Part shown: positions 9,818 to 17,897 of the stretch, piece by piece
Position numbering within the stretch: the first letter of the stretch is position 1
Layout of the letters: each line of letters starts with the position of its first letter
Assembly (NCBI GenBank): GCA_046538175.1
Contig: JBKHJI010000006.1
Coordinates: 16,106-40,105, forward strand
Direction: 5' to 3'
Length of the DNA: 24,000 nucleotides
From: Candidatus Bathyarchaeia archaeon
GTDB taxonomy: Archaea > Thermoproteota > Bathyarchaeia > Bathyarchaeales > SOJC01
Program-made: the position numbers and the translations under genes
The notes under the pieces: model-generated
The model's database searches: none
What the model saw: only the letters and a program-made list of their open reading frames with translations
Told to the model about the DNA's origin: nothing

Positions 9818-9837
9818 GCTTGCTGATATCAGCAAGC
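9818..9837. promoter_or_regulatory. perfect 20-bp palindrome GCTTGCTGATATCAGCAAGC in the intergenic region
   Basis: I verified base by base that the reverse complement is identical. It lies about 130 nt upstream of the acyl-CoA operon start (9688) and 37 nt downstream of the FUN14-like stop (9874). Its function as an operator or a hairpin is unproven. Confidence 0.35.
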
Positions 9838-9873
9838 CACGCGGTTTGTTGTTTTGAAACGATGTAGATATAG

Positions 9874-10182
9874 TTATCCGAGTTGGAGACCAAGTACGAA
9901 GCCTAGGACGAAGCTTCCTGCGAAAGGTAGAACGGATACCATTGCGATGAACCATGGGATTGTTTCGCCTACGAAGCCTAGAAAGTCGGCTACCATTTCC
10001 CAGAGTGCTTCGTAGTTTATTGAGATTATGTTGTTTATGCCTAGGTAGAGTAGGAAGATCATGAGGAGTCCTGCTAGAACTACTATGAGTTTGCTTAGCT
10101 TTTTAATGGCGTATCCGACTATGAATCCGCCTATTCCGCCTATGCCTAACTGGTAGGCGAGGGGGGGCAAGATGTCGATCAA
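9874..10182 (-). CDS. small membrane protein, FUN14-like
   Basis: 102 aa and strongly hydrophobic, with about three helices. The glycine-rich segment LGIGGIGGFIVGYAIKK resembles the FUN14 family. TTG start with GAGGA 7 nt upstream. Confidence 0.5.
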   Translation of the reverse strand: MIDILPPLAYQLGIGGIGGFIVGYAIKKLSKLIVVLAGLLMIFLLYLGINNIISINYEALWEMVADFLGFVGETIPWFIAMVSVLPFAGSFVLGFVLGLQLG

Positions 10183-10228
10183 ATGTTTTTCCTCGAGATT
10201 TTCATATGAGGGTTTCTGGTTTAAATGG

Positions 10229-11194
10229 CTATTGCATTTTTGGCATTTTAAAGTCTGTGATTTTCTTTTGCATGCTTCCTTCTTTGAGTGCTACTATGTG
10301 TTCAACTACGTCTGAGGGTTTTTGGAAGCTGAGTTTTTGTAGGGCTTTGAATCCCCACTGGGAGCATTTTATGCTTGAGATTACCGAGGCAACTGTGACC
10401 GATTTCATCAGGTCTTCGGTTGTGATGTACGTCGCTAGGAATGCTCCATTCCAAGCGTCTCCAGCTCCCGTAGTGTCTATTGTTTTGTTTGTTGGAACGG
10501 TTAGTGCGGGGATTATTTGGGGGTCAACGTTGGTTCCGCTTATTATGGCGCCTAATTTTCCCATGGTTACGACTAGTTTTGGGGCTTTTATTTTCTCTAG
10601 GGCCATGGAGAGTGAGCTTGTTTGGGTGAGCGTTTTTGCTTCGGATTCGTTGAGCATGAAAAAGTCGACAACTGAGGCGAGTTTGGTGAGTAGTCTTCGG
10701 TTTCTTGGTTCTTTCATGTATCCTACCCAAGTGCTGAGGGCTATTTTTGTGGAGGGTGACATCTGTTTGACGCGGTCTACTATTTTGGCAACTTTTGTTG
10801 GAGACATCGGTGACAGGTGGATTATGCTTTGTGGTGTCAGTAGTTTTTGCGGAATCTGCACTGTAGCAATTCTTGCACCAGCGTTTATGTGGGCTTCTAG
10901 GTAGTTGGCTTCCCAGTTCTTACTGTAGCGTATGTGAAATCTGGTGGTAGGCATGTTGAATTTTTTTATGTATGTGGAGTCTAAGCTGTCGAAGCTGTCT
11001 GTGTAGGGAAAGTCTTTTCCTATGGCAGAGACTATTGCTGGTTTGAGGTTTAGCGCTTTCGCGGCGATTGCGGCGTACAATGCGGCTCCGCCTGGCTGGG
11101 TTTTTGTTCCGTTGATGTTTTCTATTTTGTCGATTGAAATGTGGCCTATGAAGGTGAGGTTTGGGTGGGGCGGATTTGCGGTTTGTCGGTTCAT
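10229..11194 (-). CDS. PfkB-family carbohydrate/nucleoside kinase
   Basis: 321 aa. It carries the PfkB signature DTTGAGDAWNGAFL and an N-terminal GGAALYAAIAA segment. The ATG lies only 29 nt after the herA-like stop. Substrate cannot be assigned. Confidence 0.85.
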   Translation of the reverse strand: MNRQTANPPHPNLTFIGHISIDKIENINGTKTQPGGAALYAAIAAKALNLKPAIVSAIGKDFPYTDSFDSLDSTYIKKFNMPTTRFHIRYSKNWEANYLEAHINAGARIATVQIPQKLLTPQSIIHLSPMSPTKVAKIVDRVKQMSPSTKIALSTWVGYMKEPRNRRLLTKLASVVDFFMLNESEAKTLTQTSSLSMALEKIKAPKLVVTMGKLGAIISGTNVDPQIIPALTVPTNKTIDTTGAGDAWNGAFLATYITTEDLMKSVTVASVISSIKCSQWGFKALQKLSFQKPSDVVEHIVALKEGSMQKKITDFKMPKMQ

Positions 11195-11223
11195 TTGTAG
11201 ATTTGTTTCCTGGTGGCGTTAGA

Positions 11224-13119
11224 TTAGATTTGAGTTGTAGTGGTGTGAGTTGATAGGAATTTTTCGAGTTCGTTTTCGGCGTTGTCTGCTCGGATGAATA
11301 TGGGGACGTTTTCTATGCCTGTGGCTATGTAGCTGGACAGTAGCCATTCGCCTGGTGCGAATTCAAGTGTTTTTTCGAGTATGCTTTGGTCTATCATGAA
11401 GGTGCTGCTGACCACGGTGCGGTCGTAGGGGCGGGGTAGTGTACCGACGAAGTAGGTGTGGAGTTGTTGCAGGGCGTTGGTGTTTAGGTAGGCGAGTCTT
11501 TGGGTGGCGATACAGGCGCCTAAGCCGTATTTTCTTCCTTGTCTTAGTAGGGTTTCGACTTGTTTGCTGCATTTTTTGTCTATGCCAGTGGAGTTTGTTA
11601 GGTCGGGGATGAATTCTTGGGCTTCGTCGAAGACGAGGAGGATGTAGGGTTTGACTTGGAATCTGCGTTTTCTGCGGACGAGGAGATCACGTGTGAGGGT
11701 TATGACAAGTTCTTTTATGGTTTGCGGGTCTGATAGGGAGATGCAGACGATTCTTGTTTCGCCTTCTAGGAGGCTACGGATTTTTTCGGCGGCAAGTCCG
11801 CCGACTTCTTTGTGTTCTTCTTCTTGTCTCTTCTTTATGGTTTCTTTTAGGGCGTTTCTTGTGGTTGCCCAAGCGTAGAGGCCGCTTTTTTCGTGGACTT
11901 TGAATGCTTGGATGGTTTCGAATGCTATGGGTTCTATGTATTCGATGAATTGTTGGTTGATTTCTTGGTTTTCGCTTAGGGCTTGTTGATCTATGTATTC
12001 GTGGATGGCGTCGCTGATTTTGTCTATAGCGTTTACGTAGTGGGGTTTGTCGGTGCTGCCCTTTCTTTGAGTTTCGAGTTCTTCTAGGAATTCGCTGTAG
12101 GTGGGAACTTTTTGTTTAGGTTTGGTGTAGTATGAGAGTTTGCCTTGGTTGAAGATTTTTTGGAGTCCAGTTTTTATTCTTTGGTCGATTTCGTATTCTC
12201 GGGGTTTGACTACCGAGTTGAAGAATTGCTCTAGAGATTCGATTTTGTGTTCTAGGATGATTTTGGAGGGAATGGTCGGGTCTGAGAGGACGTCAAGGAG
12301 TAGGAAGATGTATTCGCAGCTAATGTCGAAGATGATGATTTTTGTGTCTTGGATGTGTAGTAAGATGCGTCTGAGGATGTTTGACATGATGTTGCTTTTG
12401 CCGCCTCCTGTGAAGGCGAAGACGCCGAAGTGGTAGCGTACGAGGTTTTCGAAGTCGATGTAGATGGGGATTGTTGTTTTGCTGGCTTGGAACATTTTGA
12501 TTAGGCCTAGTCTTGGGTCTTTGTGGGCGTCTGACGTGGTCTTTGAGGGGTCGACGTTTAGTTTTTGGGTGATTTTTTGGTTGTACATGCGGTTTATCAT
12601 TTTGCTGTTGAGGATGTAGGCGGGGCTGGCTATGATGGGGTAGCTGAAGCCTTTTATGAATTTGCATTGGTCGTTTGGGTGTAAGATGAGGTCGTAGTTT
12701 ATGGGGATGGCGCTTATTTGTATCATCATGGTGGCTTTGTCGTCGGTTTGCCAGTCTGCTTCTGATTGTTCTATGATTTCGAATTGCATGGGGTAATAGC
12801 CGTGGTCTGAGATGCCTCGGAGGCCGAAGTGTTCTGGCCATACGCGGCTGATTTCCATGAGGGTGTATCTTTCGGTGTTGGGTTCGGTTTGTTTAAAGTT
12901 GGGAATCGCTATGAGCATGCCTTCTTCGAGGAGGCCCATGAGGTCTTTTTGGTATTCCACTTTGATGCGGGCTTCGTAGCGAGCGCTTATGCCTGTGAAT
13001 TGGGAGTCGCTTGTGATGCCGAATTGGCGGGGTGTTACGTGGCTTAGGCGGGCGTGGAATCTGCCGTCAAAGTCGGTGAAGCATGTTTGGTTAAGTGGTT
13101 TCTCTTCTTGTGGCTTCAA
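11224..13119 (-). CDS. HerA/DUF87-type (FtsK-HerA superfamily) P-loop ATPase, enlarged
   Basis: 631 aa with an N-terminal barrel-like segment. Walker A is FAFTGGGKSN (nt 12394..12417) and Walker B is LLVFDEAQEF (nt 11623..11640). The C-terminus LLRQGRKYGLGACIATQRLAYLN is typical of HerA. About 255 mostly helical, E/K/Q-rich residues separate Walker A from Walker B. The TTG start is preceded by AAGGAGAG and lies inside the upstream gene. Confidence 0.85.
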   Translation of the reverse strand: MKPQEEKPLNQTCFTDFDGRFHARLSHVTPRQFGITSDSQFTGISARYEARIKVEYQKDLMGLLEEGMLIAIPNFKQTEPNTERYTLMEISRVWPEHFGLRGISDHGYYPMQFEIIEQSEADWQTDDKATMMIQISAIPINYDLILHPNDQCKFIKGFSYPIIASPAYILNSKMINRMYNQKITQKLNVDPSKTTSDAHKDPRLGLIKMFQASKTTIPIYIDFENLVRYHFGVFAFTGGGKSNIMSNILRRILLHIQDTKIIIFDISCEYIFLLLDVLSDPTIPSKIILEHKIESLEQFFNSVVKPREYEIDQRIKTGLQKIFNQGKLSYYTKPKQKVPTYSEFLEELETQRKGSTDKPHYVNAIDKISDAIHEYIDQQALSENQEINQQFIEYIEPIAFETIQAFKVHEKSGLYAWATTRNALKETIKKRQEEEHKEVGGLAAEKIRSLLEGETRIVCISLSDPQTIKELVITLTRDLLVRRKRRFQVKPYILLVFDEAQEFIPDLTNSTGIDKKCSKQVETLLRQGRKYGLGACIATQRLAYLNTNALQQLHTYFVGTLPRPYDRTVVSSTFMIDQSILEKTLEFAPGEWLLSSYIATGIENVPIFIRADNAENELEKFLSTHTTTTQI

Positions 13120-15004
13120 TTGCAGCTCTCCTTTCTCGGAAGGTGTTCATGTAGTATACGAATTTTTTTAATTTATGGTTGTTGAGTATCCAGTTGGCGG
13201 TGGTGTCGGCGACGCGTTTGAATTGGCTGTAGTGCCATTTGGCGATTTTGTCTGCTATGAAGAGGGGTTTGTTGTGGCCGAAGGCTTCAGGTATGCTGTG
13301 CGGAGTCATGGCGGCTAGGATGGTCATGGTGAGGTTTTGAATTGGGTTGGGCACAGTTTTGTCTTTGTAGAGTATGATTTCGACGGGTTCTTTTGCGCCT
13401 CCGAATTCGTTCCAGAATTTCATCGTGGTGTCAGGGGTGTAGTCATATTCTGGGATGACTAGGCGGTCAACGAGGAGAACGTTGCTGCGCATTAAAGAGT
13501 CTTTTTTGGCTTGGGCGAGTTGGACATAGGTTTTGAGGAAGGTTTTTTCGAGGCTTATTCTGTTTTTTATGGCGCCTAACACGTGGCCTTTCCGAGTTTG
13601 AGGGTCTGGAATCATGGTGCGGAAGGCAGAGTCGTATTCTGTTAGACTCCATGGGATTTTGGTTTTTTCAGGGTTAAAGAGGCTGGCAGACTGGAGTATA
13701 AAGCGGTCAGTGTTGGGGAGTTTCGCATAGTCTTCGGGTTTGACTTGGCTTTGTAGTACGCCTTCGTTGTTGAGGATGGGGATCAATTGTCGTTTCATGT
13801 CTCGAGCCGCGGTGTCCTTCGTTATGCCTATGAGGAGTATTCGGTTGTTCCAGCAGGCTTCTATGAGCATTTGGAGGGTGAAGAGGGTTAGAAAAGCTAT
13901 GTCGAGGGTGGTGAGCCATTGTTCTTTTTCGTTTTTTTGGATTTTCATTGGGTTCGCGGTGGGGGTTTCAAGTGTTTGGGTGTAGAAGAAGCGGTCGCCG
14001 AGGATGGTTACTAGACGTTTGAGTCTGTTCCAAGTGGTTGCGTATTTGGGGTTTATGGTGTAGGTTTGGTTTTTTCCTGTGAGGATGTTTTCTTTTACGG
14101 ATTTTTTTAGGTATTTTTCGGCGCGTTTGGCTCTTTTGTTGTCTGTTATGCCTAGTTGTTGTAAGATTTGGGTTTTGGAGATAGGGCTTCTTTGTTGTGT
14201 TAGATGGTGGATTATAGCGTAGCGTAGGTAGTCGGCTCTTGCTGGTGGGAGGTCTAAGGCTTGGTTTTGGATATGTTGTCTGCCTAAGGTGAGGTCGTTG
14301 ATGTCGATGGGTGTGCCGTCTATTTCGTAGTCTAGGAGGCTGCTTTTGGTTTTCCAGTGTTCTCGTTTTGATGTGTCGTAGAGGAGGCTGGCTTGTTCTG
14401 TGGATAGGCTTCGGTCGAGGAGTATGACTTGGGTTTTTTGTTTTGGGTCGGTGGCTAGTTTGTAGGCGAGGTAGTATTCGGCGAAGGTCATTATCCAGTT
14501 GGCGACGGTGGCGTTGTTTATGATGGCAGTGTCCTGTAACGGTTGGTTGAGGGCTACTTCTTCGGGTTGTTCTGGACTGAAGAAGGTTTGATCTATGTTT
14601 GGAACTTCGTTGATGTAGATGGGGGCGACGCTAGAGATTCCTGTCCCGTGTTGAATTGCTTTTGTGTCGTATCGAATTACGGGTTTAGAGTCAGACATGA
14701 AGGTTATCATGCCGGTTGAGGCGTAGGCGCCGCCGAAGAAAATTACGAGATCAAAAAGGGGGCGCGAGTACATCGTGCCATCTATAGCAGCGAAACGCAT
14801 AGAAGTAGAGCCGAAATATTTTCTGGCTGTATCATATGCTTTTTCAATGCTAAAGTTTGAAACTATGAGGTTGGAGAGAAAACTTTCGTGGAATGTTTTC
14901 AAGAGGGCGAAGCAACTTTCATAGTCGTTGATTTGGTTAGAAGCGCCTGATCTGAGCAAGTTGCTTGCTCTTTCAATTGTGCTGCTTAAAGGGGACAAAG
15001 ACAT
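13091..15004 (-). CDS. NurA-like (RNase H-fold) nuclease with a large central insertion containing a wHTH-like segment
   Basis: 637 aa. Candidate NurA motifs occur in the canonical order: FAAIDGT (D75, nt 14780..14782), FAEYY (E176), VILLDRSL (D197), LLIGITKDT, and C-terminal NKPLFIADKIAK. ATG 15004 is preceded by GGTGAT. The assignment is by motif pattern only. Confidence 0.55.
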   Translation of the reverse strand: MSLSPLSSTIERASNLLRSGASNQINDYESCFALLKTFHESFLSNLIVSNFSIEKAYDTARKYFGSTSMRFAAIDGTMYSRPLFDLVIFFGGAYASTGMITFMSDSKPVIRYDTKAIQHGTGISSVAPIYINEVPNIDQTFFSPEQPEEVALNQPLQDTAIINNATVANWIMTFAEYYLAYKLATDPKQKTQVILLDRSLSTEQASLLYDTSKREHWKTKSSLLDYEIDGTPIDINDLTLGRQHIQNQALDLPPARADYLRYAIIHHLTQQRSPISKTQILQQLGITDNKRAKRAEKYLKKSVKENILTGKNQTYTINPKYATTWNRLKRLVTILGDRFFYTQTLETPTANPMKIQKNEKEQWLTTLDIAFLTLFTLQMLIEACWNNRILLIGITKDTAARDMKRQLIPILNNEGVLQSQVKPEDYAKLPNTDRFILQSASLFNPEKTKIPWSLTEYDSAFRTMIPDPQTRKGHVLGAIKNRISLEKTFLKTYVQLAQAKKDSLMRSNVLLVDRLVIPEYDYTPDTTMKFWNEFGGAKEPVEIILYKDKTVPNPIQNLTMTILAAMTPHSIPEAFGHNKPLFIADKIAKWHYSQFKRVADTTANWILNNHKLKKFVYYMNTFRERRAAIEATRRETT

Positions 15005-15293
15005 TTAATCACCGTTATGCACACGTGCACATTTCAACGGCTAACAAGCTGGATACTTCCAGCTACCAAAAGAGGCTACTGTTTATTAAAATGTTCCTAA
15101 CCGTGCAATTATGATGGTTATAACACCTTGGATGCGAATTTCTCAAGATTCATAGTTTTAGGCTAACGGTCTTGAGGTTTCTACTTAGTTGTTGTTCTGT
15201 CTCGTTTTCGTTTTGTCCTCTCCAAAAGAAACGGAATGCTGACCAAAAATTCTCTGCATGTGATGAGAGTATCCAAGAAAAGACAAGTCATTC

Positions 15294-17543
15294 TTATTGG
15301 CTTAGTTTATAGTTGATTTCTCCTTCATGGCTGTTTTGTGGTATGATCATGGTGAACTGAGAGCCTCTGCCCGGCTTGCCTGTTTCTTCGATGTGCCAGC
15401 CATATACTTCGCAGATTTTCTTTATCAGATATAGTCCATAACCTGTGTGTCTTCCGTAGCCTTCTTTGAAGAGGTTTTTTCGTATGTTGTTGGGTATGCC
15501 TGCGCCGTTGTCTTCATAAACAAGGGTCACTTGGTCATTTCCTGCTTCGTAGTGTATTCTAATCTGTTTGACTTTTTCGCCGTGCTTTAGCGAGTTGTCC
15601 ATCAAATTGTAGAATAGCTGCCTTAGCAGCGAATCGGCACGCACAGTTAGACCTTGGCACTCGTTAACAATCTTCGTTTTGTTTGGGTCTGGCAGAAGAG
15701 AAGTTGCTTCGTCTACAGCCTTTGCCACATCGACATACGTTAGCTCTTCGACGCCTAACTGTTCATAAGTACTCGCAAAATCGAATATTCTCAGTATTTT
15801 GCTACAAGCCGATTCTATTTCGCTTAGCTGCACGACAAGATCTGGCTGATCGGCAGCGTCGCGTTTAGCCAAAAAAACGTTTCCCGTTATAGACGTGAGT
15901 TTATTTCTCAGATCGTGCCTAGTTAACCTGCCCACCACGTTCAGTTTTTCCAGAGTTTCTTTCAATCGTTTTTCAGTTTTTTTGAGTTTAGAAATGTCTT
16001 TGTACACTCCCACGTAGCCCACATGTCGACCTTCAACAACGATTGAAGCGGCAGATATAGAAACTGGAATTAGAGTTCCATCTTTCCTCTTTCTCACCGT
16101 GTCTTCTTGGTAAGCGTCTTCTTTCCGGACATTCCTGTCCAACATTTTTGCTTCTTTAATCTTATCTGGAGGCGCCACAAAGTCGTTGATATACCTGCCT
16201 TTCAACTCTTTTAAAGAGTAGCCGAAAAGATCGGTAAAACGGGTGTTAACGTCTAAGACATTGAAGTTCGCATCAGTATACACCGCTGCTTCAGGATTCT
16301 CCATAAACAACTGTTTGAACTTTTCTTCACTCTCAAAAAGTGCTTTTTGCTTCTTCTTGTACTCTGTGATGTCCCTTAATATGGCTTGGATGCCCGTTAT
16401 TTTGCCATGCTTTTTCATCAAACTGACAAAAACTTCGCCCACATGAGGTTCACCGTCTTTATGCTTATAGTTAAGCTCAAACGGCTCGGGCACCTTTCCT
16501 CTAATAAGAGAAGAAAAGAGTTTCAGGTGTTTAGGAAGGTCTCTGAGTTGGAGCCATCCTATTTTTGAAAAGTGTTTGCCGACGATTTCATCTTTTGAAT
16601 AGCCCGACAACGCCACAAACCTGTTGCAAGACGTGATTACACCTTTCAAATCTACGGTTACTATAGCTAAAGGCGCCAACTCGACCATGTTTCGATAGTT
16701 TTCTTCAGACTCTTTAAGGGCTTCTTCCAGTTGTTTATATTTGGTTATGTCTTTCCCAACACCAACCATTCCAGCAGTTTCGCCTTGACTATTCTTCAAA
16801 AGCTTAGAAGTCAACATTAACCATACGTGTTCACCGTTTTTTCTTACGCCTTCCCACTCGCCGGAAAATACAATTCCTTTTCGCAGATGCTCAAGTTGAA
16901 CCGCAGCTACATGTTTCCTTTCTTCCGGCTTGCACAATCTGGCTATAGTCTTGCCAAGCATCTCGTTTGCGCTGTAACCAAAGATTTGAGCCGCTCCTTT
17001 GTTCCAGAAAGTGATGCGGCCTTCCAAGTCGGTCACTATAATCGAGTCGTCAATGTTCTCCAAAATCAAGGAGTTTAATCTGAGCTGATCCTCGATCCTT
17101 TTTCTTTCCACAGCCTTGCAGACGGCATGCGCCAATTCGCAATAAACCATTTCTGGATCACCAGACTTGCTGAGATATTGATCCGCTCCATAATTTAATG
17201 CTTTGAGGGCGATTTCTTCTCGGCCCTTTCCCGTGAACATTATGAACGGAATGTTGTCGCCTCTTTCTCTAAGTTGTTTCAAAAATTCCAAGCCGTCTTT
17301 ACCCGGCATCCGGTAATCACAAACAATGGCATCATATGCTTTCTTTTCCATCATCTCAACAGCTTCTTCGACAGACAAAACAATGTCAACTTCAAACCTA
17401 CGCTGTATCTCGAGACACTTTTGGGCAACCTTCAAAAAACCAGCTTCATCGTCTACATGCAACACCTTCACTGGCTCTTTCTCACTCAAATCTACGAATA
17501 TCTCCGTCGAAACTTCAATACCAGACTTGGCCAGACAGACCAC
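15294..17543 (-). CDS. hybrid sensor histidine kinase (REC, three PAS, HisKA-like, HATPase), cytoplasmic
   Basis: 749 aa. The receiver has VLHVDDE, DAIVCDYRMPGKDGLEF and MFTGKG. The three PAS cores are SIIVTDLEGRITFWNKGAAQIFGY, AIVTVDLKGVITSCNRF and AAVYTDANFNVLDVNTRFTDLFGY. The H-box is LTRHDLRNKLTSI, the N-box NLMDNSLKHG, and the G-boxes EDNGAGIP and GYGLYLIKKI. No transmembrane segment. The GTG start is uncertain, and a later GTG or TTG near VKVLHVDD is possible. Confidence 0.9.
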   Translation of the reverse strand: MVCLAKSGIEVSTEIFVDLSEKEPVKVLHVDDEAGFLKVAQKCLEIQRRFEVDIVLSVEEAVEMMEKKAYDAIVCDYRMPGKDGLEFLKQLRERGDNIPFIMFTGKGREEIALKALNYGADQYLSKSGDPEMVYCELAHAVCKAVERKRIEDQLRLNSLILENIDDSIIVTDLEGRITFWNKGAAQIFGYSANEMLGKTIARLCKPEERKHVAAVQLEHLRKGIVFSGEWEGVRKNGEHVWLMLTSKLLKNSQGETAGMVGVGKDITKYKQLEEALKESEENYRNMVELAPLAIVTVDLKGVITSCNRFVALSGYSKDEIVGKHFSKIGWLQLRDLPKHLKLFSSLIRGKVPEPFELNYKHKDGEPHVGEVFVSLMKKHGKITGIQAILRDITEYKKKQKALFESEEKFKQLFMENPEAAVYTDANFNVLDVNTRFTDLFGYSLKELKGRYINDFVAPPDKIKEAKMLDRNVRKEDAYQEDTVRKRKDGTLIPVSISAASIVVEGRHVGYVGVYKDISKLKKTEKRLKETLEKLNVVGRLTRHDLRNKLTSITGNVFLAKRDAADQPDLVVQLSEIESACSKILRIFDFASTYEQLGVEELTYVDVAKAVDEATSLLPDPNKTKIVNECQGLTVRADSLLRQLFYNLMDNSLKHGEKVKQIRIHYEAGNDQVTLVYEDNGAGIPNNIRKNLFKEGYGRHTGYGLYLIKKICEVYGWHIEETGKPGRGSQFTMIIPQNSHEGEINYKLSQ

Positions 17544-17897
17544 TTCCTAGCTTTCAGACAAACGAGCATCATGTAACCACTTGAAGAAGCCTCAAAATAA
17601 AGCACTTATGAATCAAAAATACATCTTCAGCCTCCATTCCAATAATCCGTGATCCACACATTCTTACATCAAAAATAGACCAAAGAAAAGAACATACTAT
17701 ACTTCCAGGAGCCACAGAACGAAATATTTTGAACAGCAATTATCTCTTCGAAAACACAAAAACATTTCCAAACAAGACCCTAACCGATCTAAATTGGACA
17801 AGGAAGAAACGCCAATTCCATATATAATGCTCGATTTACCTTTTGCTAAAAAATTTAGGCTAAAAACTTAGGCACAACCCTCGTTTAAATTCCTCAA

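Noticed and set aside
9582-9955. Two minus-strand ORFs (103 aa and 79 aa) spanning the intergenic region.
   Set aside because: They overlap the HADH 5' end or the FUN14-like 3' end in other frames and cross the promoter and palindrome region. Their R/S/N-rich composition is typical of non-coding sequence.
10206-10904. A 232-aa plus-strand ORF.
   Set aside because: It is fully antisense to the PfkB kinase gene, which has clear family signatures. It shows hydrophobic and Ser-rich antisense-type composition.
12320-12841. A 173-aa minus-strand ORF extremely rich in H, P, R, K and Q. Similar ORFs occur at 8116..8445, 11363..11572, 13467..13652 and 13707..13919.
   Set aside because: These are alternative-frame shadows of well-supported genes on the same strand (herA-like, ACAD, nurA-like). 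Their low-complexity composition reflects the A/C-rich coding strand. They have no motifs and no independent start context.
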